A stretch of 64,000 nucleotides of DNA. It comes from the human T2T-CHM13v2.0 reference genome, Homo sapiens. The notes under the pieces were generated by a model. It searched no databases, was not told where the DNA came from, and saw only the letters and a list, made by a program, of their open reading frames with translations. The translations under genes were made by a program, and so were the position numbers. This document shows, piece after piece, positions 49,001 through 63,324 of this stretch. The stretch lies in the NCBI RefSeq assembly GCF_009914755.1, contig NC_060928.1; one strand, written 5' to 3'. How positions within the stretch are numbered: the stretch's first letter is position 1; every line of letters begins with the position of its first letter.

Positions 49001-51281
49001 TGTGACATGGGGAAAGATCTAAACTTAGAGTCAGAAAACCTGGTTTTATATGGGAGTTTTGCCTCTAATCAGTCCATGTCTGTGGGCAAGTCAGTCTGTG
49101 GCCCTGTGTTCTCATCTGCATAGCAAGAGGTTGAACTTGATGCTCCATGAAGTTCCTTTCAGCTCTGCTATCATCTAGTGTTGGCACATTCTCTCCCAAT
49201 TGGTAGTGTCTGTGGGATTTTGAACACCGAAGGCTTAATTTCAGTGTAGCTGTGAAATGTTACTGCCCCCACTTTCCTTTGAAGGATTTTGTCGTTTATA
49301 CTTAAAGAGATCCCTATAATGTTGGCCGTTTTAATGGAAACTTAATGAAGGGCATAAAGCCACACAGATGTTTTAACCTGTTCTAACTGGTGATTTCCAG
49401 GCATTAGTAACAGAGGACTGGCTGTGCATACATAAAGATTGGTTTGAGATTTCAAGGGAGGGTGAGAATAGAGGGAGGCCCTGCCAGGAAGGGTAGATAA
49501 GAAACACTTTAGTCTACAACCCTGAAATTAGAGTAGGAGTTTGATAACACTCATAGCAGACATGGTGGGACTGTTTGTTTGTTTTTCTGGTTCTTCTGTA
49601 AAATGGACTTTCCACTTTAAAAGGACTTAAAGGAAAAGTAGAGGGGTTGTGTTTTGTAGGCACCTAATTATTTACTGTGGAAGAGAGGTTTAATTGTAAT
49701 TACAGGATCAATTCTGATAGTTTTGCTGAGTGGGGTTTGTGTAGTTTAAAATACTCAGAGCTAAAAACCACTCTAAACCAAAACATTTCTATGGGAGAAA
49801 CTCTTCCTGCCTTGCCCAGACTCCCTACCAAGTGGTCCCATGTTATGTGACAGTTATGGCACCTCTGTGAGGCATGTGATGGAAAATCCTGGATTCAGCC
49901 TCTGCTTGGCTTCCAAACAGTTGATAGTACATTGTGTAAATTGCCAGTTTCTAGCTATAGGCTGTGAGGCCAATTCTGTGAGTGTTTAGAAGATGGACTT
50001 TTGAGAAATTCAGTCATGCCCAAGCAAAACCCGTTGAACATCTGTAACTTCTCTTTACAAAGAAGTGGGAATCCTTGGGAGATGCTGTTATCCTACCAGT
50101 ACCCATCAATTTTCTTGCCGGCTTTTGGAAAAGAATAGTTATTGTTCGTTTCTTTACATTTATATACTAAAGTTTGCCCAAGTGGAAAATATCAGTGTGT
50201 GCTAGATGCATCCATGTACCAGAAAGGGAGCCATGGGATCCATTACTCACATTCTGTGCAGAGGACAAAAGGTCTACTTGCATACCTTGAGACAGACTCC
50301 TACCAATGCATATCTTGCACAGATTCTGTAATGTTTTGTCCTCAGCCCCATTCTGGATGGAGATAAATGTTGGCCTGTCATGTAGATGTAGAGTAGAATG
50401 TACCAGGCTTCATTTATGCTATACTGCTGACATGCTGACTTGTGAGAAAGAGGGTTTCTTATTTTCTATTGGCATAAGAACTTACCTTCCAGCAGAGTGA
50501 CCTATGAGCAATTTCTATGAAACACAGTCATCTTTCTGGTTAAAATCATACTAAAAAAAGAGTAATAGAAACTTTACTTTTTTTTTGGTAGTAAGACTAA
50601 GATATTAAAGTTTCATTAAAAATTTCAGTCAGTTTATACTTTAAAATGCCCAATGGAAATATACTGGAAAGTCTTCAGTTGGATCTGAACAATAAGAATA
50701 AGCCTCCTTTCTTAGAAAAGACTACAACATAATTTTGTAGTTTAATCTTTCTTTCATTGGATTAACTGGTGTTCAGATGACCTGATATTAAATACTGTTT
50801 CCCTTGACTGTATTCTATTATTAAGTACATATAACATCACAGAAGAATTTGGGAAAATAGATTTTAAAAATCAACAATCTCATTACTTTTAATTTTCTAT
50901 ACTCTTTTTAAGTTTTTAAATATCATTTATATTTCTGATATACATTTGCTATGAGTACATGAACTTTTTGACTCTTCCCCTTTTAATTGAAAAATATAAA
51001 TTACTGACTTATTGTGTTACAGGATAATCTGACTTATGTGAATACATCATATCTGGGCCTGAAAAAACATAAAATGAATACTCTAATATTTGTATCTCTC
51101 TCATCAATGCCCATATCTGTGTACCCTGTGTCTTTATCTTTTACATAAAATGGGAAATTAGAAATTTAGAAAACAATATCTTGCTATTAAATTTGAGGGT
51201 GACATCCATAAAGTTAGAGTAAAAAAATAACTTTGTGGTCTTGTGACTGAGTTTTGTTTTTTGCTTTTGTTTTTGTACCAG

Positions 51282-51461
51282 AGATGATTGTTGACCATCA
51301 GATTGAGACAGGCCTATTGAAACCTGAACTTAAGGATAAGGTGACCTATACTTTGCTCCGGAAGCACCGGCATCAAACCAAGAAATCCAACCTTCGGTCC
51401 CTGGCTGACATTGGGAAGACAGTCTCCAGTGCAAGTAGGATGTTTACCAACCCTGATAATG
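51282..51461 (+). CDS. SLC4A4: SLC4A4 exon 6 (180 nt)
   Basis: T-rich tract...taccag|AG ATG...AAT G|gtaatg. Encodes (E)[59 protein letters not shown](G). Confidence 0.97.
51435..51461 (+). other. SLC4A4: Cassette I (27 nt, 9 aa), removed by an alternative 5' donor in NBCe1-D/E
   Basis: Internal donor GCAA|gtagga at 51434/51435, exactly 27 nt upstream of the distal donor. Confidence 0.85.
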
Positions 51462-52306
51462 GTAATGCAGAGGCCAGCTGGCTGCTGCTTTCTCTTACTT
51501 ATTTCACTCACCTTTACACCGTCTCCTGTCATCTTTGTTTTAACCCTTCTCCATATTTTTTCTTTTCTTGAGTTCATATGCCATAGTCATTTCATATTGA
51601 CATTTTTAATCCAGTTGGACAGGTTTGCAGTCTTGCTGGAAAGATTTCCACAATTGTTGTAGGCTGCTAATGCCACGGTGACTTGCTTACTCCATATACA
51701 TCTATTCTGATTGATGGAGGTGGTTTAGTAGTAACTCTATGATGAAACAATTGAATATTATAGATGAGTCAGCAGATTCGTAGATTATTGAGTACCTCTG
51801 TGAATATGTTTTCCAGCATGTTTGCCAGAATTAGGAGGAGAATAGTAAGATATGATAAATGCCTTGAAATCTCCTATCACAAAGTGTTTGCTTAGTATGT
51901 GAAATGGTGTCCAGTCTATATAAATGATGACTTCATCAAACTAAGCCTCCATATTATTTTTTACCTCTAATAAAACCAATCTGCTTTCTGATATAGGATA
52001 ATGATAGATCCAAGAATAATTATTCAAGATGGGATATTAACCCCATTATTTAACAATAAGTAAGGCACTGTATCCTATCTGTAGTTTATTGATTTACCAG
52101 AGTTTCCTGTAGAGTGTCTATCTTTTGTATCATGGCGTTTGTTTCAAATAAATTTCATGATTGGGAGCAATCTGAGAAGGGAGAGGTCAGTTTCCATGAG
52201 GTATGGAAAATGAAGGTATGAAGGAAAGAACTACTAAGCATTGGCTGATAGGATTAGGTCTATCCTCCCATCCCACCCCCAGGCTTTTTAGTGTTAAGAG
52301 AGATGA

Positions 52307-52639
<333 letters not shown>

Positions 52640-54237
52640 TCATTGCCCTCAGCTGCACTTTCAGAATAACATAAAACCGGTTGTCATGGAAAAAGGTGGA
52701 GTAACTGAATTGCAACTCAGCCACTGCATTTCTGGAAATGAGTTTTCTCTTAGTATTAAAGGTAACTGTTGGCTGGAAAAACACTACAAGCAGATTTTCT
52801 GTGGTATATTTTTTAGGCAAAACTGGTTATGTGCAAATAATTTAAATAAAATGCTTTTTATTAACAAAAATCACAAAAGAGAATTGAATCTGCAGTATTT
52901 CTACTACAGTTTGATGGTTCTACTGTTACCTAGAATATTGCTGCTGATGGGAAATATTTTGGTTTTTATGTCTCCCCTGGCTTTTTTTTTGTTGTTTTAG
53001 TTGTGTTTTTGGAAAGAGGGGTTACTTAATGGCTAGAAAGTTATAGAATGAGTAGTTTATTATAACTGATGTCACAAATATTTTATTTAACAATTTATAT
53101 TTTTGAAATTATGGCAATTAAAGTTGAAGCTACTCTTTTATTTCTTATTTAATAATCCACTTTCTTATGTAAGATGAAATCCCAATATTTGCTGATTTAA
53201 TTCGTTTATCATGGGGTTGGGGGAAGTATAAAGAAGTGAAAAAGTGCATTGTTTTCAAATACTGCTATATTTTCAAAAAGAAGTGGAATGAATATGGCAT
53301 GCAGGAGGCTTTCTACCAATATGATGAGCTTCATTTCCATGGAACTGCAGGCAGAGTAGAAATTAGGAACAGATGGATCTTGGCGGCCAGAATCTTGTGC
53401 TTTAGGAGAAAGTATTTGGATATGGAATACAACTAATGAGTTAATATCGCTCGCCATTCAATCTTTCATCCTATCTGTAGATCTCTGTACTTGAGAGAAA
53501 AGTTGAAATTGCCTTTGCCATCCATCTTTTCACTTGTGAAATGTTATATATGCTGGGCAGAAAGCAAATAGGAAGGGTATGCAGTTCTTTTCCAGCTCTT
53601 CAGCTGATCAGCTTACACTCTGAAGTGTGGAATATGATTAGACCTTTTTAAACATGTTGTTATTTGCCTTAATGCTACCTAACTTCTTTTAAATATCCAG
53701 AGGCAAGATTTAGCTTTGAGAGATCCTTTAGCAATGAATTTTGTATGCCTTCAAGGTACATTCTTATAAATCATCAAATGGCAAATTTTTGGCTTTCTAG
53801 AGGTGCTCGTTATTAACTGGAAAGTTTGCGTAGTTACCTTTATATCTTAGGGTTTAATTACTTAATATCTTTAAAAAACTATGAAATGTTCTCTTAGAAT
53901 AAATTTCTAAACAAACGTTCTTAGAATAAATTTCTAACTAAAATTTCTAATAAATGGAATGTTCTTAGTTTAAATTTCTATATAAAAATTATAGAATTAC
54001 TGTAGGTAGAATTATTCCTACAGTTTTAATAGACCACAATCTTTCAGTCTGTTGTAGTTGGAGCTAGATTCTAATATCTCCATGTAAAGCTTAGATAAAT
54101 TTGTATACCTTTGTCTTTAATCATAGGCTACAAAATAGATTCAGTGACACTGCCAGCTTTAGTTATAGCTAGCAACAATGTAATAAATAACTGAAATTTA
54201 TAGAGATAACTTCAAAGTTGTGAATTTTTTCATTTCA

Positions 54238-55560
54238 TGGTAGTGTACTGGAGTCAGCTCTAATCTGCTCGGGAGAGCCAGTTGATATCAGGGATTTGCA
54301 AGCTGGTTGTTAAATACAGCTACTATTAAAAATTAAGTTATATAAACATACAATTTAATAATTATATTAAAACAAAGATAACGAATACTGAAAATTTATT
54401 GCTTTCTGCCTGTTTCACTACATTTTACTGTAGTCTGTGCTCTTAAGGTTATTTGTATCTACTGTGTCTGTATGGTGGTAGAAATACTGTTAAATAGTGT
54501 GCCGTTGTGCATCTCTTCCCTCAGTGACTATACTGGTACCTTGAAATGGGCTGTTATGGTAGTATTTACCCCATAGAAACCAGCAAATGCTATAAATCAG
54601 GGCTTGATTTTTAAATTTTTTTTTTTGACCATTTGTCTCTAGGCTTAAAGAAGTGATGGAGAAAATGCTAATAATGTAGATTACATTTAAAAGTGTAAAG
54701 TGTCTATAACTGTTAAAATGAATAGCAGAAAAAAATTGAAGAACTTTTTTTCAGTAATCAAAAACTGTTATCTGATTTAGGAAAAGAGTCAGCCACATCA
54801 CTGACAAATGGATGAAGTCTGACATATTCAATCTTCATTGTTTCACTTTTGTCTTATTGGTTAACATACATAATAATATTAATCAACAAATGTCACAAAT
54901 ATTTGTTGGATATTTGATGGATGTTGGAACTATACTCATTTGCCAGCTAGCATAACCATATGCTAGCTACTGATGCAAGAGTTTGGCCAAGATCAACTAA
55001 AGTATTGTATGAGAATCAACTAACTATATGCAATTTACAATACAATATTGTATATTTTATTATTATTTATATAATGTGTGCTACATATTGTTGTAGGACT
55101 TCTCCTTAGTTCAGTTAAAGACGGGGTTCTTGTCACACGACCACGAAAAATTAGGCTTGCACACAATTTGAAGAGTGAGAAAAATGGAATTTATTGAGCA
55201 AAAAGGAAAAAAAGGGAAACAGGGACTCTCAGCAGAGCGAGTCCTGGTAGTACAGGCTTCCTGCCTTGCAGATTGAATCCCAGGTACACCCAGGAGGAGG
55301 AGCGGCCCGGCTTCTCCACCCTGAGAACAGAGGGAAATTCCCAAGGCTCCACCCCAGTGCGCACTCCTCCCAGTGCACAGGCCGGTCAGAGTTTCTCCAG
55401 GAACCCCTCTATACTTGGTTGTGACAATATCCTTTATAACAGTAAAATTCAATGCATACACATACTCACGCACGCACACGTTCATGTATAAATATGGTTC
55501 TTTCCCCTGGTAACCGGTTTTCAAACATTTACTGGCACATCCACTACCAGCACACTACTG
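54238..55560 (+). mobile_element. MER63-like hAT DNA transposon, interrupted by an LTR
   Basis: Ends gtgtactggagtcagctc...gagagccagttg and aaacatttactggcacatccact. Confidence 0.7.
55089..55426 (-). mobile_element. MER61-like ERV1 solo LTR
   Basis: TG...CA ends, 4-bp TSD atat, ccagtgcgcactcctcccagtgc motif. Confidence 0.85.
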
Positions 55561-55909
55561 TCTTTATTCCTAAAGACTAACTCTCGTCTTTTAGCATCCT
55601 GGTATGGCTTGGGGTTCAAGACGATTTTATGTTTTTAAAAAGGAGCAAAAAACATTTTTTATCTGTAATAAATCAGGGAACAGTGAGGCAAGCTTTCAAA
55701 ATGCTAATTATTGTGAAATTGCTACTTGTTTGAGACATGTGTAAATTCTATGGGCATGCCTGCCAGGTACTAAATTTTAGGCAAATGCTATCATTTCTCA
55801 GTAGATTAACTGAGGCATTTCTATAATGTTGCATGAAGAAATTAATGAGGTTTTAGGTAATTCTGGTGTTGGATTTTTCCTTACCTACTTTTTATTTATC
55901 ACTATTGTT

Positions 55910-55979
55910 TTAGGTTGAACTATATGAAATTGCCAAAGGTAAAATTAAGTTGTCAGCAATTTCATATGATTCTACCTAA
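55910..55979. mobile_element. MADE2 mariner MITE
   Basis: 24-bp inverted arms TTAGGTTGAACTATATGAAATTGC / GCAATTTCATATGATTCTACCTAA. Confidence 0.85.
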
Positions 55980-58672
55980 TAATTTGGTCTGAGATACTTA
56001 GCTAATAATTCTGTATTATTTAGTGTATTATGAAAAAGTAATGTTTAAGCCTGGAAACATTGCTTGGTAGTATTTAAAAAATAAACATGTATTTAGTTTG
56101 CTTTTTATTAGAAAGTAAAAGTAAAGTTTTTTCTTAATTGGTATTCATTCAATAAATATTTAGTAAGATGTTTATGACAAGCATAACAACTGCATTTTAA
56201 AAAGTTGTGGTTTATAAGATGATCAGACTTTTTTTTAAATGTACCATTTAAATGAGTACTTTTTATATGTATTGTCTTATCCCAAAGCTTGCAAAAAATC
56301 ATTGAGACCTGACTTTAAGGACCAAAACCAATGAGGAGCCTGAATTTGAGTATTCACCTTTTTCTACCTTTGTAGAAAGTTGGGTAAAGCCATCATCGAC
56401 CTGTCCCTGATTTTTTCCTAACTTCTTCATTTTTTGTCCCCAGATTACCATAAAGATCAGTTCCTTGCCTTCCAAGGTCTGGGAGTATAGATGCCCTTTG
56501 CTGAGAATTGGCTTTAGTAATCTAATTGGATCTAGACTATGGATTTCATTTTCCCTTAATCTAATTTTACGACCTCACTTTGTATTAGTGAAAAGTTTCT
56601 CTTTTTTCAATAAAAAATTGGAAAGATAATTTAGTAGTTGCTCTTGATGTCTGTGAAAGAGAGATAATGAAAAGTAAGAAGAAATGTATAAAATGTTTAG
56701 AGTGGTAACTGGCACATAGTAATCACTCCACAAATGTTAGTAAATTTTATACAATATGTTTAAGCACAATTAGGGAAGAAAAATCTTATATTGAATAGGA
56801 GTGGTTTCTGGAATGATACTTGCTCTGTAGCTTACTATTTGGAAAGAAACTAGCAGATATAGTGCTGATTTATTCCCTCTGCCCTTTGTTAAGTGATACC
56901 AATAGTCTTTCATTAGCAATGGGAGGTGAGGAAGACCTTTCTCATCATAGCCCTCTTACGTAATAATTTGTTCCCTTCATTGGTTTTATCTTTTGCTAAA
57001 TGGGTGTCAGGGGGGGTCCTAAATCACACTGGAAATCCACGACTTGGTAAAGTTGTCCCATCAGGGAGATAAGGAGCTGGAGACAGTGGCAGCTCCAAGG
57101 AGAGCGGCTGGCTCCTAGGCTTCTTGCTGCTTTCCCCATGCCTTCTCCTGGTGCCCGTGGTCTCCTCCATATTTGTAGGCACCCCGGGCCTGCTCCTGAT
57201 AGAACCTCTGCATCTTATCTTCAATTTACCACCATTTTCCTCTTTTTTAATTCAAATATGAGAAATGTAATCCACTTGCTCCCATTATGGGTTGCCACTA
57301 CTTACTCCTGAATCTGGACTCCTCTGTTTAAGGTTATCTGCCAGGTGGGATGCCACTTCCTAGCTGTCTCCCATATTGCTGGTTTGATATAAACACACAC
57401 ACCTTTAGGTATTTTTAAAAGCATAGTCTATTGCTGTTACCTACAGTAACAGATAGGTGGTTTGCAATGCAGAACAAACAATGGAAAGAAATCAATTTTT
57501 ATGTTAATAGTAATTTTAGGCTCCAGTGAAATATAAGTGATATTAGTTGGGCTCTTGCTGCATTGGATCTGATTTGAGATTAGGCCCATTCAGACTATTT
57601 GGTTTGATATTAGATCCAGATGCCTTGACACTGGCTTATTTTGGATCTGGCTGGGACCACCGCCAGGTCTGGTAGCTTTCTCGTTCCCTTTAGAAATTCT
57701 TCACTTTTTGCCTGCACTTTGGATTCCAGCTTGCCCATTTGTCTCAGGCTGGGTTGTTCTGCTTTCCAGGCCATCCCCCCAACTGCCCCATACCCTTGAA
57801 TTCAGACATGGTCCCTTAATCAATGTGTAAGGCAGATATTTCCCTAACCTGCTTCTGAAGCCGGCCATCATGCTTCTCTAGTTCTCAGATAGGTCAGTTG
57901 ACATCTTGCAACTCTCAGGCCCACATCACCTGAAGGTTAGAATCCTCTTCCTATGTGCCTTTCTGCATACAATTAACTCTTTCCCAAAAGCAACAGCATA
58001 CATCCACCTGTTTTGTTCAGGACTCTCATTTTCCGTTCATTTTCATAGCACAGATGAATGTCCTGACCAGAACCCAAATAACGATCAAGCTCTTTCCCAC
58101 CTGAGAATAAATGAACCGATCTATGGAAAGTTGCTAGCAAAGTGCCTGAATGAAATCCTCTTCCTTAATAACAGTAATTATTATGGCTATTGTTATTATG
58201 GTATTTCTAACTCATTCATCAGGCACCATTCTTATTTTCTTATTTTCCTTTTCTTTCTCCAGGCAGATGACTGATTTTCCAAATGCATAATGTTCAGATC
58301 TTTAAATAAACAACACATTTTTCTCCAAGGGTCAATCTCTCTCAGTATTTGCTGACCTATTCCACTCTTTATAGCAATGAAGAGTTGGGCTTAGGAGATA
58401 AAACTCAAGTGGGTCTTTAGTTGTTTGACATTGAAGGCCTACTTTGTAATCTTCTTTTTAAAGACATGGGACCATCATTTCCAGAGGTTTCATTCAATTC
58501 TTTGGCAAATGTTTAGTAGCATTGTGGTTATGAGCAATTTACATAATCTCTTTGAGCCTCAGTTTTTATATCTGTAAAATAAGGGTAGTGATGTCTTATT
58601 CTGTGCATATAACCAGGAATAAATGAGATACCTTTGTGAAAATTATTAAATAAGCAGAATGTGAGATACCAT

Positions 58673-59028
58673 TGTGCTTTGGTGCATTCATACTGCCATA
58701 ACAAAATAGCTTAGATTGGGTAATTTAAAACAATAGAAATTTATTGCTCACAATTCTGGAGGCTGGCAAGTCCAAGATCTAGGTACCAGCAAATTTACTG
58801 ACTGGTGAGAGCCCTTTCCTCATAGATGGTGCGTTCTATGGATCCTCGCAAGGTGGAAGGGGCAAACATTCCTTCAAGCCTTTCAGGAGAGCAGGAATCC
58901 CATTCCTGAGGGTGGAGCTCTCTTGACTTAATCACTTTACAAAGGCTTCACCTTTTAATACTATTGCATTGGAGATTAGGCTTCAACAGAAGAATTTTGG
59001 GGGGGATACAAACATTCAGATCCTAGCA
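58673..59028 (+). mobile_element. MLT1A-type solo LTR adjacent to a MIR
   Basis: ataacaaaatagcttagattgggtaattt...aacattcagatcctagca. Confidence 0.88.
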
Positions 59029-60587
59029 CACTGTAAGGAACAATTATTATCCAGAAATATTTTAGGGGGAAAATTTAGTGACTTTCAGCTTTAAAATTGA
59101 GGACAGAACTTCAATTCACTACCATTATTTTGCATTTTATTATTTTCTGTTTCTCTCCATTTTTTGCCTACTACTTCATTTATACGAAAATATTCTTGGA
59201 GTTTTATTTTTAAAATAGTGCTACTTTCATTATCTACTTTGCAGATGCCAAATAATACATAATGAGTTGTCACTCATGGGCTTTCTAGTATTTTTAAATT
59301 TAGAGTATAAAGATTGATCATTATGTCTAAGTAATGACAGTTTTAGCTATCAAGAAATAATATGTGTACAGCAAGATGTTACCATGTAATAAACATATTT
59401 TTAAATTTTACTAGTTGTCAGTCTGTTTTATACATCTAGGGTCTGTGAGAGAGTAAAAGAACTGAAATGATTCTCTTTGCGTTTATGCTACCACATGTGA
59501 GTGCTTTTTTCTTCATTCCCCTTTCCTGGAGAAGTCATGTATTTCAAGGACACTGAACTGGTTTGCTGCTGTCAACCCTGAGTAAATCTTCTTCCAAGGC
59601 TTGGTTTCCTTAATAGAGCCACGCTTGCAAAGTTTTTTGTATTCCCAAGCCCCATGTTGCTCTGGGAGCAATCGAAGTGTAGGTGCAGATCTGGGACCAC
59701 ATCCTGCTCCCTGTGAAAGAGATATAGGAGAGGGAAGGACAGGGAAAAGTAAGGAGAGAAGGGTAAGCAAGATAGAGACATAAAATATGAGCACCATGGG
59801 TTCATTTAAAGGAGGGGATAAATTAAGGTCTTCCAAGAATGACTAAGCATGCCTCATTCTACTCAACTCCTGTATCCATAGAAATACAAAGGACAAAAAG
59901 GAGATCTTTCTAGGTTTGTGAACCCAATTTCTTAAAAATCACACTTTGAATTTAAAGTAGGCCAGGATTTCTGTCTTTAGTGTTTTCCAACACTCTTCAA
60001 GATGTTGAACAAAGAAAATGTCATTCCATTAACTATATTAGTAGTAGAAATAAGAATAATGCCTCACATTATTATGGTAGCTCTAATGTATATATCATTT
60101 CAGATGAAAAACCTGAAAGTCAGAAATATAAATAACTTGTCTAAGCATAGTAAATGGAGGAACCCAGTGTGCTTAATAATCATATGCTAATTCAACCACA
60201 AGGGGATGAGCTTCCTCAATCATAATTTATTTCCCACACATCACCCGGTCCAGGTCTCATATGTAATAATGTGATGGTGAAGGGCTCTGGAGGCCATTCT
60301 ACATCTAAGCAGGAAAACACACCAAACATGGCAGACAGATGATTGTCTTTATTGGCTTTCCAAATGGAGATTTCTAGGCAACATGTTTCATGTGTTTAGG
60401 TGAAATGCTGGTATAATCTTGGGTTAAATTTCTTGTCTAAATAGCAGTGCCGAGTGCATAGGAAGCATTCAATGACTATTTGAACATATGATGTTGCAAT
60501 CCCAAAAGAGTCCTAAAACTTCACCATGAATAAAATTTATTTTCTTCTTAATAGGATTGTTTTAAAAAAAGCATTTTTTCTGGAGAT

Positions 60588-60589
<2 letters not shown>

Positions 60590-60637
<48 letters not shown>
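60590..60637 (+). repeat. (TG)n microsatellite
   Basis: Perfect run. Confidence 0.98.
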
Positions 60638-60640
<3 letters not shown>

Positions 60641-63324
60641 CTATTTGCTTGATTCAAAAAGAGACACCTTCACATGAACAGATTTAGGATTGATGGTTTT
60701 GGACAAGTTGATTCTCAAGGGGAATGTGGGTCATGTAAAACAATATTCCTCACAACATCTTTTTCTACAGTCTAAATATTGGATACCATCACTCAAAAGC
60801 CTTCGGAGCTATATCTTTCCTCATCAGATTGTGGTAATATAAACCAATTTCTACCTTGTTTATACCTGAAGTCAGGCAAAAGTGATGTAAAGAGAATATG
60901 TAAGATAATAGCAAGGCTAAGCTGTTTATTTTGTAGCTCAAGTGTAAAAGAGGTATGGTGAAAGCATTGTGTAGACAAGGCATACATAATATATCATTAC
61001 CATGGTATAATTACAGAAAGTTCTGCTCTAGCTTTGGGAACGACTTCTCAAAATTTGATATTTGGAGTTAAATTTGTGAAGTGAAAAAAAGCAACATGAA
61101 AGGGTTACAGAGTTTATATCTCCTCCTGCACAGAAGTACACAGAGGGTCCAACAAATCAAAATGTAGACATTTGCCAATGTAAGTAATGGATGCTGTGCA
61201 AGTCTCAGCTTTCATGAGGGTAAGCTGCCAGATGGCTCCAGTCAGGCTTTGCTAAAACACAGGTGCCGAGTCTCTCTGGGCAGTTCCATTTTCATGCCTG
61301 TCTTTGGAGCCAGGTTCTTTGCTGGCGAGTGCCAGGCTTCATTCCACTGTCCCCTTGATGGTGAGGCTCTGCCTCAATGGAGGCTGTATACGCAAAAAGA
61401 AATTTCCAGCTTTAGTTCCCAACAATACACTGACAGGTTGAGGGGAGTAGAGGAGAGAGAAGCTGCTGGGGAACGTTAGTTATCAGCATGAGTTTTGGAG
61501 AAGCTGCTGACTTCCTCTACTCACGTTAGAAGCAAGCCATGGTATCAGTGATAAAATTTGGGTACCTACATACACATTAGAAGCTAAAGGAATATGAATT
61601 CTCATTCTAAAGAAATTGGAAGCTAAAGGACATGTCTTCTTTTGAAGAAGTTTCCTTTGTATTATCAGCTTCTGTCAGTTCTCACTGATCTGGCATTTCA
61701 CTGGGTCCTTGCTTGGGCCTAGATAAATGTTTGCCAGTTGTTTAGCCTAATTCATTTAATTTAGCTAAGCCTGCAGGAATATTGGCTCTTTAAGCAGATC
61801 ACTTAGTTGTCAAAAGAAATAGGAGGCAAAACTTGGCCAGTATGATAATATACATTTCTAAATGTCTCCCTCTTAACAAAAGCAATTTGGGAACAATCTC
61901 AACCCATTCATTTCTCTTTTTCATTTTTCTTAGTGCAATAAAAAGTTGCAAAGAACTTCAATTATGGGAAACAATTAAAAATTCAGATTGCAAAGAGAAG
62001 ACATCAGATTTGCCTCAAACAGGTGCTGGCACAGATGGCCTGCTCACAAGTCCTGGCTTTATTTACAGCTTTTAAACACAGACAGATAAATTGACAAAAA
62101 TGTTTCTCGATTTTATAATGTGCCGAATGCCCAAATTTGGCTATAAACTTATATTAATTTGTAAATGATTCACTTTAAACCTTGACCTCCCAAGTCATCA
62201 GTAGCCTTAAAAAGACCATTTGTCTCCCCTGTTGTTTGCATACTTATGTGAATAGATTATCTCATATTTGCTATTGGTTGGATATGCCTTGTTTACTGCC
62301 TTGATCATTTAATGATGATCTTTATTAAGTCAAATTGCATGTAGTCTGATGGCTAGATATTTCCAACCTCGTTGTGATTCCTTAAAGGATAATTATGCCG
62401 TCTCTATTTTACTAGCCTTGGAGCATGACATTTAATAGGAATAGCAAAATAAATGACATGGAGCCCAAATGAAACTATCTTCAGGAAGAAGTTGATGGTG
62501 TTGTTTCCTCCAGGTGATAAAATGTATCTGGAGAAACCATACTGTATATGTAGCCTGCAACATTATTTAATCTTTGCTGTGGTCTAAGATTTGGCATAGG
62601 TGCACCAAAGGTTAAAATGTTAAAATTAAAAGTGAGTATTAAAGGGCACCAGAAAATGAGGACTAACATACATCCTTAAATTGGCTTATATTAAGGTATT
62701 AATTTATCCCTACCCCAGTCTTATGTTTCTGAAGGGCTGAAAAACAGAGGAAATTGAGATCCAGCTCTATATTCATCAAGGAAAATATTTCAGAAGTGAA
62801 AGTATGAAATGTTGCTTTCTCCATTTGTGCATAAGATCCATAGACCTATCTATTGAGTAGGTCATAAGAAAGCTGCTTACTAATACGACACCCTGCCCCC
62901 TGTGCTTTACAAAGCTGTGTGTAACTTCGCTCTGTGTGTGCTTATGTGGTTCATAATTATTAACAATCTTGATCTTACATCCTGAGATTAGTGTTTATTA
63001 TGTAAATCTTTCTTCTTCTGAATATAATTTATGTTTTGTGTATTAGAACTGCAGGGTGGATCATCCATTGGTATTTGGGGAACTATAATGATTGAATGTA
63101 ATTTTTTTAGACTTTTTCATTCTTTGTGGGGATTCATTTCATCTAAGGGTGCAGGGCATGGGAGGGAGTGTGTGTCTTTGTAATGTGTCATTGTTCTCCT
63201 TTAACCCGCTTGTGTGATTTGCTTTAGCATTTTTTTCTTCTTAATTAATGCTTCCATCCTCATCCTTGCTGTGGCTGCTCATGTGTCCTCCTCCTCCTCC
63301 TGTCTTCTGCTTCTGACACTAAAG

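Noticed and set aside
51462-51571. Read-through extension of the exon 6 ORF
   Set aside because: Lies beyond a canonical donor and has intron-like composition.
55722-55761. p53 response element
   Set aside because: Only one perfect half-site (GGGCATGCCT); the partner is mismatched and 9 nt away.
56329-56343. 15-nt match (caatgaggagcctga) to the L1 insert at 6131 as a local donor
   Set aside because: The match does not extend on either side and there is no GA repeat; probably chance.
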